Source: Phoronis australis
Taxonomy: Eukaryota; Animalia; Phoronida
Length of the DNA stretch: 64,000 bases
Direction of reading: 5' to 3'
Assembly: GCA_002633005.1 (NCBI GenBank)
Contig: NMRA01000014.1
Location: forward strand, 1,648,504 to 1,712,503
A program made the position numbers and the translations under genes. The notes under the pieces were generated by a model. It saw only the letters and a program-made list of their open reading frames with translations, did no database searches and had not been told where the DNA came from. This document shows positions 40,301-55,300 of this stretch, piece after piece. The number at the start of each line of letters is the position of its first letter. The stretch's first letter is position 1.

Positions 40301-43300
40301 CTAGAGCTAATAAATTTGCACATTATGAATCAACCTACAGCTGGTCTTCCGCTAACGTAATGAGCAAAATGATCCCTGTAGACAGAAACACCTTAGCATA
40401 AACACGATCTCATTTACTCATTACGGATAACCCTACTTCACTTCTATTCTACCACAAGTCTGCCAGGCGTTCAACTTATTGGACGAGCTCACAAACTTAT
40501 TGCAATGCGTTCCAGTTTAAAAGGATTCGTTAATCTAGACATGGCAAAGATAAGTTGCAAAGGGTCCACAACCGAAAGCCGTACCGAAAATCTGCCAGAT
40601 GGCTGAAATTCCACTTGTCCCTTATGCCAACCGGCGCCCTGGTCGCCAGACTTGGACCAGAGGAGGTTGGTGGAATGAGTCTCCGTCAGGTAGACGTGCA
40701 GTGAGCCCATTGTGCTTCCATACATGCTGTAGTAAAATGTTGTGCATTTGATACCTGCTCCCTGTTAATGAAATAGTGAAAATAGTTGGGTTATAAATAT
40801 GGATGGCAATGACAGTCAGTTAAACTTCTCCATGTAGCAATTCTAATTGACAAAAAACGTGCTTTATATAGTAAAATCAATTAATTCTAATACGCCAAAT
40901 AGATCAGAGGTCTGTTTTATGAAAAGTAACTGAGACTTCGGACAGAAAATTGGCGTTTCGTTCCACACAACAACTTATGAAAACTGATCAAATCTCATTT
41001 GAGCAAACGTGCAAATCTCTTATAATACAGACATAACTGCTAGTCACTGAGATGCTAACTATGCATTATTTCTGGACTAAACCTTTATTCAGCAATTGAG
41101 AAGTGCGACAGTAATACCAAATTCCTGTCTTAAATCTAAAGTCACTTTTCATGAAACACACTCAAGGCTACATATTTAACTGTGTATTGTGACCTACAGA
41201 ATTCTGAAAATAAATGTAAAATGTGCGCCATTGATCCGTTAAAGTATAACTAAGCTTCATTTTCATTCCTATGAAGGCCATGCATACTATTCAATACTAA
41301 TTTGCGAACGGCACTAAATGTCAAAACTACCCACGGTGCGAGTACTTACGTTCATTTCCGGAGATAGTATCCTGGCATTCTCCCCAGGGGTTCTAGGTGA
41401 TGACGTTTCAAAGTAGAGGTACCTGCCTAAACAAAAGAACATCATTACGCTTGCAACAAAGTTTATGAATCTGGAGGTTGTCTCAAATTGTAATCGTGTC
41501 ACACTAGTGCAGTGAAATAAAATACAATATTCGTGTACGGTACATGTATAACACAGTGAAACTTAAGAGCTGGAGGTACAAATTTGCCAAAACGCCACCA
41601 GTGTAACCATAGACTATAGTACATGGACCGCCAACTCCGTATATTTTCAATCGAAGAAATCTGTGATCTTACGCAGAAGCCCTGACGAATAGCGACACCT
41701 GTAAAGTTACCAAGTTTTACTTCAAGTCTGGAAAGTACATTGTCCTGCTAACCATGGTCAGCTGTTGTGTGGTCGAGTGCTAAAAGTACTCACGATACCA
41801 ACAGGTCTACTATTGAAAGACTTTTAACAGCGTTTCAATGCCGAAATTTTTTTTTCGTTGTACTGGACAGTAAAATAGGTGCGAAAATTTCCTGATACAA
41901 TACCTTAACCGGAAACTGAAAATGGCGCCTCCTCTAGGATACTACGCAAGAAAATGTCGGAGTTGCGAATCTGTTGTCTGTGATCTATGGTGTACATGTA
42001 ACATATGGGCGGCGCAGCACTGAAATAAGTGGGGACTAAAGCCTCCCAGCTCACTTTGTTGTGCCACGTGGCACATGAGTACTCATGTGAACAATGGCGG
42101 CGCAGCACTGACATAAGTGGGTGGCTTTAGCACCCCCTGCCTCTTATGTTGCGCCACCCATGTAACAGCGGTTCAGTTTTGGTTCACTTGTGTCTAAAAC
42201 TTTCGTATACGCCTCTAGGTCTCCTGCGCCAAAAGGGGCATAAGTATGATCGAAAAAGAGCTATCATTAGATTTGATATTTTAAAGAACAAAATTGCACC
42301 CATAACTGTTTTGAGATGAAAAACTTATGTGTTACAATACTCTATCAGAAGGAAAAATTGATTAAACAATTGGCATTGGAAGTGAAATTACGTTTTCTGA
42401 TAACATCAACACCAACACCGATAGAAAGCCAAACAATGCAGCCAGATCGAAAGTTGAAAAAAGCTGTTAAAGTGGGCTTCGCCAGTCTCAGCGCGTGCTC
42501 TCCAGCGATGCTCAGATTAATAAGCTGTGTGCAGTATCATACCCGGCTCGGTAACAACAATAGCCTCACTTTCATATTGTCGCAATTCATGCCAGCAACG
42601 CTTACGTCATGCATCTATAAAAATCATTCAATGGTCGAAGTTAAGTTTCACAACTCGGCCTGAAATTCGGTAAGACTTAACAGGGACCTTTTCACGAAAG
42701 GCTTTTGTGATGGTCACTCTGACATCCATCAATAGTTACTTGGGATTTCTGAGACTAATAACAAATTTACACGAGACTTTATGTTCAAAAGAACATCTCA
42801 TTAACAAGCTTGCGACACGTAAACACTTAATCGACTTAATTTTACGTTATGGCACAACTGGGAACTAAGTAACTGTTCCGAGTCCAATTGTGGGTACGCT
42901 AAGGTGTTTAACCGATCCAAAGTGACCATGACACCATTACGTACAGTGTACATGTAAACCTCTTCCGTGGCATTAACATGTAAACGTAAGCCTACGGGTC
43001 ACCATGTGCCTTCACTGGGAACCCATTGCTCGAGAAGGCCTGCAGGTAAATGTATTTGTTACTTCACGCATCAATGCCATAACAACTAACGGGCATGACT
43101 CACACAAGCAGTTGCCTTCGATTTCTTGGTGAACTTCAACAATTACTGTGCAAGCAAATTAGTGCGATCAACTTGTTAGTGCGCATGTGCAAATGTGAGT
43201 ACCCAAATTCGTGAGAAAAGCTAAGCTCTGAGCATATCACAAGACATGTGTTGTGAGCGCGTTTTGTGTCAGTTTGTCATGAGACGACAATCAGGTAGTT

Positions 43301-46300
43301 ACTGTCGGGTTTGGATATCTCATCATTCTTAAATATATCCCCATCAACGCCGATTTTATCTAAATGAAATAAAAGAATGAAAACAAAATGATAATAGTGG
43401 TCAAAACAAACCATGGTATGAACGAAAACAGCCGATTAAATGGTGCCATCTCATTTGCGTTTTCAAATGTTGGATCTCATTTCTAGGCACAAAGCTTCGT
43501 CATGCCTTTGTCAAACAGATAGTCACTTCTGGGAACGCTCGTAGGGGTTTAGATTAGTTCAACATGCACGCATATGTGTGAACAGCCAGGAACATCTATC
43601 CAGCTGAACCACGGTCGTACCATAATTATTCAACAGGGGTCGTCTAATGCAAAAATTGTTGGCGACCAATGGAAGGTTTACGGGAAGCAATGGGGGCTGA
43701 TCCCGTGGGACCGCTGACTCATATCGCCAGCTACCGCTGGCATAGGGGACAGTTTGACTTCATGAAAAGACCTTTTCACAGTGAATGTCATCACACGGAA
43801 TAACAAAAGCTAAAATGCCTCCTCGTCCTCCAGAGGCCACTGGTATCCGGTCCGACGTGACCAGCCGCCAAGAAGTTGCTATTTAACAGTCTCCCATTGG
43901 GGGTGAAATTTTTGGCAATTTGGGGTCATTTCTCAATAACGGGGTACCCGGAACGCAAAGATGAAACGAAGGTTGACCGGCGCAGTACTGTTTATAATGA
44001 ACGCGGGGCAAGGAACCTCTTCCGTGGCTACTCCCATGAATTGGACATTTTAAGAGAACCAGACGATGGCACCGTCAGTAATGAATCAGTTAATGAGTAG
44101 GAGCAAATGAATATAGAAACAAAAGATTAAATCAAAAGTGCACCAACGGGTTTTGTATGGCACCATCACCGCCGCCACCTTCGACAAGTCACCACCACCA
44201 ACACTATCACCTCCACCTACAACGCCCATTCACTAACCGCGACACGTGGTATGGTCGCATGACGGACCCGTGAGAGCTGACTTCGTAGGACCCTTATTGA
44301 GGGTGAACTTCAACTGTGTGACTGTTTTGAATCCACACAAATCAGCCTCGAATGTGCAATTAAACAAAACCTTGCTGCCATTGCGAACTGAAAGGTGCGA
44401 AATCATGTTTGAAGACAATTTAATTTTAGCAATACAGCGTACAAGTGTTAGTCACGTGTTCATGTGGTCAGGTCTTTGGTCAGGTTTACCTTCCAAGGTG
44501 TTTGACAATGTTAAGTCAAAGTCTAACCATTCAAGTACCGTGACAGCGAATCTTCTCTGACTGACCCCGGCCAGTTCTGTATCTCGATACCTTTCCACTA
44601 CACGCCTAATTTCGTTAAAACCATTGGATTACAAAGAAACTTGATTTACTGTATACGCATACAATGTACACCGATTGGTAAGGATGAACTAGGACTTGTT
44701 TGACAACAGAAAATACCTTCAAGACTTAGAATGCATGTAACAAGTATTCGCCATTACTTACTTGATTGCTCAGGGATGCGCAGATCGTTTTGGGAAAGCG
44801 CGTTACGATCAGCAAGGATGATGTCATCAATAGCAATATCACTTAGATAACTAGTTCCAGAGGTCGCCTCGAAAATTATCTGAAAATATGTTTATCGATT
44901 TATGACAGCTGCCCACCTCAGTTGAAAGTTTGTATAATAATTTTGTGTTTAGGCAACGGCGGAATACTTACTTGCACTTTCAGCATCTTTAGGATGACCA
45001 AAAGGATTTAACACTTCACAAATATGAACAAATTCAATCGCAGCTCATGGCGTTTGACTGTCGTCCAAGACAGTACGGTGTTGAAAATGGTTGCGGGACA
45101 GTAAATCAGACCAACCATCTTTTTGTTCTTTTAATTCTCAAAAGGACCTCCATATTAATATTTATGTTTCTGTTAAACTCGAGTTTGAGTTCGTTTGGAC
45201 GAAACTTGTGCTTACAGTAGGGCCACTACTTTGAACGACCCTCGAACATATTCTCGTTATGTAAGTTATGGTTATTTTCTGATAAACGGTGACAAACTGA
45301 AATACGCCTTGTCGCTAGGTGTTGACAGAGTATATATAGGACCGCGTTATGCGCTTTTGTACTTATGGAAATTTGTTGGAATGGGATTTCCAAATGTTTT
45401 ATTATTTTTTGTGACAATCACGTAGTCAACTGTGGGGAGGTGGGTTAGTCGAAAGATTCACGCGGAAATGCCCAATGTCTCAAAATACTTGGTAATAGAG
45501 GAATTCATTCGTCTCTGTAATTATGGCAATACTTGCACGTCAAAACTAGAAATTGAGTCGAGCGAAAGACGATTTCAATCTCGTTATCTCGCACAAAGCC
45601 AAAGAGTTTCATGTCAAATAATCTGTCCTTCAAAGGTTCGCGAAATACTGACCACGTTTCATAAATACCGTACACGAATCGCCATACATGTAATACTCCT
45701 AACTGTCGCTACAGTTTCAATTCCGTATGTGTTAACTTTGAGCATCCAAAAAGTAATTTTGATTTTTGGCAAACATGTAATAAGTCAAGTTGTAAGACCC
45801 AAACTGAAATAATCAATAGCAACATTTATCACTGGTGCTGTGGTTCAGGGATGAGTCACGGAATCAATTAAAACCCACCTGAAATGGTCGCAGGGGTTTT
45901 ATTAACACGTTTCCTTCCAACCAGCGCTCTCCCTTATTTCCTGAAGTCGTAAAGAGGGGGTAGTCAGGCTGACCACTTTCCCGTTGTATAACGCGCAAAG
46001 TTCCCATGCCTTGTCCGTGCATTGAGTAGTAAAACCTTCAAAAACATGGAGAGCGTTTCGATTACACATTGATCGAGTATGTGCATTTGAAATTATGCTC
46101 AAGCCAATAATTACAAAAATTAGCTGGTTAAAAAACGAAAAAAAGAATAATAGCTCTTATCAAGTCGACCTCACTTGGCTCAAAATATTCCATGTGGGAA
46201 TGTGTTTTCGTTCCCAAGTCACAGGCAATGAGTACTAGACCCATTTGCGATTTGACAATTTTAGGATTGGCTAATAAACATTGAAGAGCTTTCTTCAAGT

Positions 46301-49300
46301 CGCTGATGGTTGCAATGTCTTAATAGTAAAGGAAATGGAATCATCCCACTATAAATAACATGAGAGTAAAAGGTAAACTACAGATTTTAAACAACGAAGC
46401 AGGGCGAGATAAAGTTTTAATAACAACAGTTACGGTCAGAATGTTTTTGTTCGAATTTACTGTTTCTTAGTGCCAAGGCTGATGAAAACGAGGTTTTAGT
46501 GTAGTGGCTTATCCAAGAAACTTCGTCACTCTGTAGATGTTGACTTTTCGTCCGAATTTGTTTACCATTTGATCACCTATTTTGTCTCTTGTTGTATATC
46601 AAAACAATACAACTTGTATTAATGAATTGCCAAATTTGGATGAAGGGAAAAATGACAAGTCGAAATGGAGCTTATTCCCAGTAGACTTGTAAGAATATTG
46701 TCACGTTATGTGCTATGCTCTCAAGCTACAGACCGCCGTTAATAATGGCAGTATTGAAGCATCCCTGCCAAAGTTCTTTATCGCAGTCACAGGAAGACTC
46801 AGTAGTCGTACACGAAATAAGATATCCACTTTTCAAAAATATTCCAAATCTTAAGAACTCTATCAAAACCCGTGGGAAGTGTTCTATTTGGATTCCCTAA
46901 CACAAATCTACAAACATTTCCTAGTTTTTCAAGGAAAGTGTCCAGTCCACTGTTCAAAGCTTAGATCTATATGATTTGCTGCAGCTTTTTAGTCATGTCG
47001 TCGCAGTGCAGCAAAGTGTTTTAAAATAAATAAATTAAATTAATGGGCTTACTTTAAACACAATACTTTTGCGAACCGGTGAATTACAGGTGAAATCAGT
47101 CTCGCTTTATCGCCACTTTGTGTCGGCTGAGAAGCTTCAAGAAACATGTAATGGCCTATAAGAAACGAAAGAAAGCGTTCTAGATCACCGCAAACATGGC
47201 GGGAACAAACCACGCAGATTTAGAATTTTGCCTGATCAGCTGAAATAAGAGACTAAAAACATACTATATGTAGGCAGTCATAACTATTTTCCTCTTATCT
47301 CGTCAGTTGCTTTTTGTTCCAACTGTTTCCTTATTGGCTTTTCAAGATAATATAAAAAAGCTTGTCGTATCAACGCCTTTTTTGCTATTCACTGAATGTA
47401 TTCAAGCAATTAAGTCGTTAGCAAGTTTAGGCCCTACAACTTCCGGGTTGTTGGAAAGCGAGACATGCCAACTATAGTTGTGTTCAATAGACGAGCTTGA
47501 AACTTCATCCAAAGTCGAACACCTACACGTAGGCTAAAATTGTAATGGGTACCCAATATCTACTTTGTTGAAAAGGTCTTGCATAGCATGTGCGTATACC
47601 TTCCGTTGTTCTCAAGGTGTGATCATCGTTCGGTCCCGTTTGGTCGCTAGGTGTCCCTGCGTGTTGTCTTGTCCAATCGCGGTCATCCGTGTCGTCTTGT
47701 GTCCACCCGCACAAAGATTCTTCAAAGTTACAGTAGTTGATCTTTCCGGCTGCACAACACGATCAATAAACGAACATTAACTCTCAAGTGTCAGGTATGA
47801 ATTGAGGGATTGGGAAAGGAGGTCACGTATAAAGTATCGTGGTTGCCTAAGTACAGGAACTCCTCCACTATCAAGCATGTACAGTATTATCAAGACATAC
47901 AATCCAAATTTTAAAAATAGCTTAGTGATTCAATTCTCTATCAATGACGGACAGCAACTACATTTAAGTGTAAAAAAATTAACGTGGCACTTTGACGGAA
48001 TGTTATCTCATTCCATTTTGCCGCTGACAATCTAAATGACGTCACCAACATTTCTGTCGAAAAGCTGCTCTTGGCAGCTAGTGTTTGCTCTTGTGAGTGA
48101 CGGACCTAGAATTCTGGCGCTCTAATGCATATGATTAACCGGTTTTATGAGAGTAAAGGTTCCAATTCTATCTTCGTCTTTCGCCACCTATCCACGTCGA
48201 AATGCAGTTTAAACTCAGTATATTAGCAGCCCGGCTATGGGTAGTTTTCTTATACACACACCAACACAAAGAGGCTGGGAGGAAGTCCATTCCCCGTTGT
48301 CCATGCAGTATCTCTGGTTACTTCCAATCAAAGTGAACCCTCGTCGACACGAGTAAGTCATCGTAGCACCAACAGCGAAACTGGCACCCTCTCGGAAGCC
48401 ATTTTCAGGAAGACCCGGGTCGTTACATCGTGTAACATCTGAAAATCAGTATAAATTGTAATTATAAACGGAATTTTGGCAATTTTGAGAAACACACCCT
48501 TTACAATACGCAACTTTAAACGGATCAAAACGAATCCATAATCAATTATCACAGAGGTTGTTTATATTTGAAGACGGTGTCTGTATTCATTCACCGCTTT
48601 TCACGATTGGTATGTCTTTTTCTTCATCCTTTTCAATAACTCGTGTACTGAAATGATACCCTTTTCAAAAATGTTCGTTCTGTCCTACACTTCGAGGACA
48701 TACCCTTCCGCAAAACTTCATAGAGATCATAGAGTCAATATGTCTAAGTCAGGCTGCAGTTGGGTAACGTAGAGTGAAATTTTAATGAATCGTAAGAGAA
48801 TATTGAGAATTGTCAATCACATTTAACACATGGTTTAGGAAAGTTCGTCCATTCAAATGAAGAGTTTTAAAATTGTTGTGGGCACCGTGTAAGAGTGAGC
48901 CAGACACCAGATTTGGGAACTTTTCGTCGGAGTTTTCCAAGTTTTCGTGAATCTAACGCATTTCCAGAATTCCACAAATCGCGTTCGTATCACGAAAACA
49001 ACCGTTACGCCATTTTTGTAAGTTCTTGTTCGCAGATATACAGCGCGATACCTATAGAGTAGATATTAATTAATTCAAAGCAAGATGTAGGCCTACAAAG
49101 TCAATTGCCGTACATGTAGGATCATATTGGGCGGCAGTTTGTAAAATACAATGATTGTCGTTGCCAACTGTGGGTTATGGGAATGAGAATACACTTTTGA
49201 ACAATTATTGTCTTGACACAAACATTTCAAGTCTGGTATCCACGCTACCTGTTGGCCACACATGTGACCTAATGACCAATTGTCTGCAAGATTTCTGCCT

Positions 49301-52300
49301 CCGAGTCGACCAGGACTGGAACCCGGGACCTTCTGCCAACCGTGCAGACACTCCAATCCACTGAGCCAAATCAGACATTGGACATCTTGTCCATAAATTC
49401 CTGAGTGTATATAATGTGTGCGAATCTTGAACTGGTTTAAAATATAGATCACATATATTTTAAGCCTGGTCTGCACACCACCTGTGGTCACATCACGTGA
49501 CTTGTCTTGACACTTCAAGAAGAATGGATGCTGACAGTCTTCACCACTCATTGATTAGATAGACAATTCCCAAACAAGTACTGTAGATTACAACATTCAA
49601 TAAGACAATTGGAAAAGTTTACTCACTGCAGTTATATAGCATGTTGACCTTAAAAATATCAATGGGACTCAGTCTTTCTCGTTGACCCATCTCTGTAGCG
49701 GCAACTGGGTCATTGCCTAAGGGAATAATAGTTGGCATGGTTGGATTGATGGCAAAAGCGTTGGCCTTGTAGTGAAGGATGGACCCATAGTCGTAAGGGG
49801 CTCCCAGAGTAGACTGCTTGGTTATAGAGTACTTGGCAAAATTCATTCTGTGCACTGAAACAATGAGTAAAATTTTGAAGTAAGAATTTAATGGAAGAGG
49901 AATAAACGGTGAACAATGGTACATGTGTACTTGTTTTCAAAATAAACGTGGTAGACATTGGTAGAGCTGTTTCAAACAGATGAAAACCTGAAACTGTGAA
50001 TGCCTACAAATATGTACCGGAAGGAAATCAAGTTACTGCTTGACCACCAGGTTTCACTGCATGTAGGCATTCTGAGAGCACTCAAAACTCGGCTCGAAAA
50101 TCAACCAATAACATGACTAATTTCAAGTAAACTTAGACATTTTTACCCGAATCATGGTTGGTTTCGAGTCTGAGTCTGTATCAAGTGTGAGTTAGGAGAT
50201 TACACCTTGGTCACAGAAAACAACGTGATACAAAAGCGTCCAGACCAGGGGCACGTTTCATGAAAAGTGACTTAAACTTTAAGTAAGGAATTTTGTCTTA
50301 CGGTCCCCCCTCACAATTTTCAAATAAAGATTTAGCCATGCAGTAATTAGCACATCACATTAACACATGCAAGTTCTCTGAGTAACAAGCATTCATGGAC
50401 ATATTCTGAGGGACCTTGTGTACTTTTGCTAAAGTGAATTTCAGAAGTAGTTGTTTGGGCCGTGAGACCGAATTTTTAACTTCAGTCTAGAGTCACTTTT
50501 CATGAAAAGAGACCATGATGTGTTGTATAATGGCTGCACTATAGATAAAACTACAGCTGTGTCCCATCCTTGAAACTAAACCATGTCAAAAGGACTTCTG
50601 GCTCAGCCTTTGGATGCAACGAATTGCTACTATGCTAGTAACCATACTAAAACAATCAATAAGTCTTTCTTAACAGTTGGCTGTTGTGTTGTAGCCGTTA
50701 CAGGGTATTCATTGAATGTTATCAGGCATGTTTTCCGTAGTGGTTAGAATCTCGCGAAAACGCAAACTAACGTCCTTGTCGAGATTTTTACCCATTGCCC
50801 AATTGCCCATTGATTTAATCACACATACATCGTATTGTTGGTAAACATGCATGTACACGTTTACAGGAGATAGAGTCAAGAAAACCGAATAAAAAACTCA
50901 CTACTCAGTACATTGTCGAGGTCTATCCTAACATATTCGTCCCTATCCCATCGGCTTTGTTCGTGCCAGAATCCAAGGGAGTGCATGAGTTCGTGGAGAA
51001 TAGTTCCTTTCGTTCGGCAGGCGTTTGACAATGAGAGGTTCTGCATTCCTCCCTGACGTCCAACAGAACTAAAGCACCTGCCATAAGTAACATGCAGAAT
51101 ACATTACAATACTGAAGACTGCAAACGTCTTCGGTGGATTGAGGAATCGGGAGTATCGACATTCACTTAGACCGGCTAACGAACGAAGGATCCACTATTG
51201 GTTGTGAAGGCATTGAGAATAGCGAGAGATTTACTAACACTGAGAAGCTCATAGGATCAAGGCCCTACACCGTACATGTACATGACTGCTTGGGCATGCA
51301 TTTGTGTATTTGACGACCGTTTTTTTGGCGCTACTTAGAGCGTGTGAAAGTTCTCGTCCCTCAATATGTTGTATATTTTGGAGAACAAAAATTGGTGATT
51401 AAAAAACAAAAAATCCTAAACAAGGAAACATGGTCTGTAATTATAAAAAATATCATACAGGAGAAATTGAAATGGTAGTGTGTACGTTTTAAAAGTTCTA
51501 AGAGATGTTGAGTTTTTTATGATTTAAGATACATGATAACTGATCTGTTAGGACTACAAGTATACCAATGGTTCGATTTTACATTCTGTTCACAAAATGT
51601 ACATATTCTGCTTTGAATGTTGTTAATTATTAAATCTCGTACTCGAAGTACATCAATATGGTTTACAGCCCGCAAACCATGAGCTCAGTCAGATTGTCAT
51701 ATAAATAAGACTCTTTAGACTAACGTTTATACTCTAACCAATTCACATTTCAGATAATTGTCACTAAGTAAATCAATGGTCGTGACCTGACTCAACAAAT
51801 TTGCGAATAGTTTAAAATATTAAAAGGTACACACATGTTATAATGCTTTTGGTTAAACTTCAGTCATCATTTTTGCAGGCGACTTTGGACTCCACTATTT
51901 CGTTCAATGCACGTGACAGACACAACAATCTGCACTCGTTATTGTGAATGCGTGCTAAAAATGACTACATACTAGTAATCACTCAACTGATTCATACTGA
52001 GGAAGCATGGGCGAGCTTTAGAAATTTGTTTCCGCGTGCCAGACACTGCATGGCTTCACGGAAACATCCAGGGAACCAATACAAGAATCCCACGCTTCCT
52101 GACGACAGCAGAAACTAGATACAACAATCGCGTATGAAGGGGGCAATCGTGACACTTCTCCAGCTCTAGAACTATGTGTAGGTATGAACTATGAGAAAAA
52201 AGCGGCAACTCACCCATTTAGCGGCAAGATATTTACATAATCAACCTCGTTATCCCTGGGCTTAAATCGTATACACGTTTGACTGTGGAACTCTTGCATC

Positions 52301-55300
52301 GCCTTCATTATTTCATTTTTCATCTCCAAATCACCATCTGCATAAGTTAGAAACACTGTCAGTTAGTAAAATAAACCGAAAGTGAATGGTACATGTGTAG
52401 CTTGACAAAGAAACAAGAGTCATCGTTTAGAACTAAGCTGTGGTAAGTAAGATGAAAAGAACCTTGTCATTTAGAATTCTTGAGCGCTGCGTGGGAAAGG
52501 AAACATTCTACCCTGGTGGTATTGACCGTGATGGCGACATATGCACCAGCCCATCAACAAGCAAAGCGTTACCGCAGTGCCTTGAACGTCCTGCGTATTA
52601 AGATTTTTTAGCAGTTTTGTCGAGTTTTCTTTTTTTTGTCGTTAGGCTGACGTATTAATTTAGCTTTAAAGATAGCCGTACGGACTTCGGTTAGAGATAG
52701 ATCAATTTAGAATTTCCTCAGACTTTCTCAAGAGACATTGCAATTATACATAAAATGAGGACTCTGTCGGGAGGAGTCATGTGTCTTCTTCTTAAATGAG
52801 GCAAGAATAACAATTACAGTTACATGTCAGAAAAGATAAAAACCTTCTCAGGGTGCAAGCCTACTTGTATGCTAATACACAGTGACCCAAACTATGTTAT
52901 CAACTGTTTCCTTCTTACACAACTATTGCTGAAGAAATTCCTACATGTACCAAATTTGGCAACTCCAAACAGCTGTCAGTGGATGACGTTTTCTACCAAC
53001 TTATAAGTAATAGTGACGACTTGTAACTGTTTTATTCGATGTTTCCACTACAAGGAAACTCACAGGCAGCGACCACAGTTGACAATTATTTGTATAGACA
53101 TGGACTTTTAATGGAACCCATGATTAAGGTCATTTCCGCTAATCTCTGTATAAGACAATAAAGTGCAATATTAGCAATATGAAGATGGACTCATCCTGCT
53201 GTGACCACCACTGTACTTTTCTTAAACCTCATTTTCTCCCTAAAGGTCTCCAAAACTTGCCATGAACCAACACAAAACGCTCAAAATTCAACATTACCGA
53301 GTGGTTTTTCTTATCCTCCAACAAATGATGACCAATAAAGTCATGTTTTGATAATGCTCAGATCTAACTGTGCAAAGGTCTCTTTAACACATAATTAGTA
53401 GGCACCTCTACCCAATAGAAATTGTCTTTTGAGTTTCGCCGCTCCCAAGTGCACTTGCAGCAACACGGCGGATACTTAACAATTTAAACGTGTTCTAAAA
53501 CACCATCTAATGCATATCACATTTTTGTAATTTAGTATAATCATTATCCCCTCTCAGAAATTTCTGTTTTGCAAAAATAAGCAGTGATTTTTTCAGAAAT
53601 AATGTCACCAAAGATTTTGGATCAGTCTGCACCTGGAACAAGGCACAATCAAGCAAATGCATCATGAACTATTGCATTGCTGTTCCTTTAATGCTTCATC
53701 ATGTCTCTATTCCATTTGTAACTATTGACTTGCACCCTGAGTGGGTTATGACTTTCTGTGTCTTGTTTTCACAATTGTCAGCCTCATCTCAGATTATTTC
53801 TCCCCTAGCGACGATGAGACATATCCAGCCAGGAAATATAGCCGTGTTTTATGTACCATTGTGGCGATGTGCTCTACCTTTCAGAGACCGACTTATACAT
53901 CGGGAGTTCGAGCGAGTGTGCAATAAACAAACAGCGATATCGTGTTTATAATCATCTCTAAAAATATTTGTAAGGTTCCTATGTTTCTGCCTTTTTGACA
54001 CCTGAGCGAACATTTCTATGCTGCTACTTTTCAGCGGTGGCTGATACTTCACAACCATGGAAACGTTAATTGGGTAAACCGTTTATTATGACATATTTGA
54101 TACTTACCATAAGCATTACTTATTACGAACGGGACAACGCGTTTCGTCCAAACCCAGTTTCGATTTTTAATAGTTGATTTTTTCCTCTGAAAACATAATC
54201 CTGAGTAAGCTCTGCATTCATGAACACATGCAATAACACCAAACAACGATTGTCATGCATGTACAATTCGCTTCTTGTGAGACATTCAGTAATTTTACCG
54301 TCGATTGCAGTACACCCAACTCGTCACCCTAGCATTTGAATGGCCAATCGTTAAAATACTCTATAATGAGCATACAGTGAGCAATGTTAAAAATTTGTTT
54401 CTGGTCTTCTTTTGAAAATCGATCCGAGGGTACGTTTTTACTCAAATCAAACCAGTTTAGAATAAGTGCTATAACGGCCCGATTGCCTAAGCTCGCGGCA
54501 CTCGCCTTGGCTAAGTCATCCAAGTCATGTTACTATAAGAACTAGTTAACATGGAAGAACACCTTACAAAGGTGCCAAGATCCTTCGAAACTGAATAAAT
54601 ATTTTAGCGTTCGAATACGCCCTTTAATTCCTCAACAAAATTATGAACAAGCCACATTTGCAAAGGGCGCATCTTTGCGCATGCCTACTAAATAACTGTT
54701 ACCTTCGCTCTTTAAAATGGCGGTATGATTCGCCAAAATACATGTATGGCCTTCCCTTCATTTAGTCGTTAGAATAAAAAGATACGAGATGGGACAGCAA
54801 AATTCGCATCCGTTGTTCCGAAAAAAAAATTGTCTGGCATGGATGGAACCATCGAAAACGTTACATAATTTTTACTTTTTGGATAACTACCAATGTTCAA
54901 TTCATTCAAAGCCCCTAAAATCAATGTAATATGTCGGAGGTTTGTATCATTTCAACATAGCTGTTGTCATTCCCTACATGGAAATTTTCTTGAAAGCCAA
55001 GTCCATAGAGTTACGTCAACTGGTACATTTTTTTATATCAAAACTGCAAAAACCGTAACTTTGGGACTTAAATCGAGACCATAGTTCAACTTNTACTCAA
55101 ATCAAACCAGTTTAGAATAAGTGCTATAATGGCCCGATTGCCTAAGCTCGCGGCACTCGCCTTGGCTAAGTCATCCAAGTCATGTTACTATAAGAACTAG
55201 TTAACATGGAAGAACACCTTACAAAGGTGCCAAGATCCTTCGAAATTGAATAAATATTTTAGCGTTCCAATACGCCCTTTAATTCCTCAACAAAATTATG

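Noticed and set aside
44968-45060. Strong minus-strand gtaagt donor near 44970 suggesting an extra exon
   Set aside because: Upstream sequence is not MAM-like and exons 45879 and 44879 already give a complete domain.
46470-46510. CTGATGA suggesting a hammerhead ribozyme (also checked about 22185-22215 and 30242)
   Set aside because: No correctly placed GAAA core or closing stems.
49300-49376. Possible tRNA gene
   Set aside because: A and B boxes are present but acceptor and anticodon stems are poor and no oligo-T terminator follows; treated as a SINE head.
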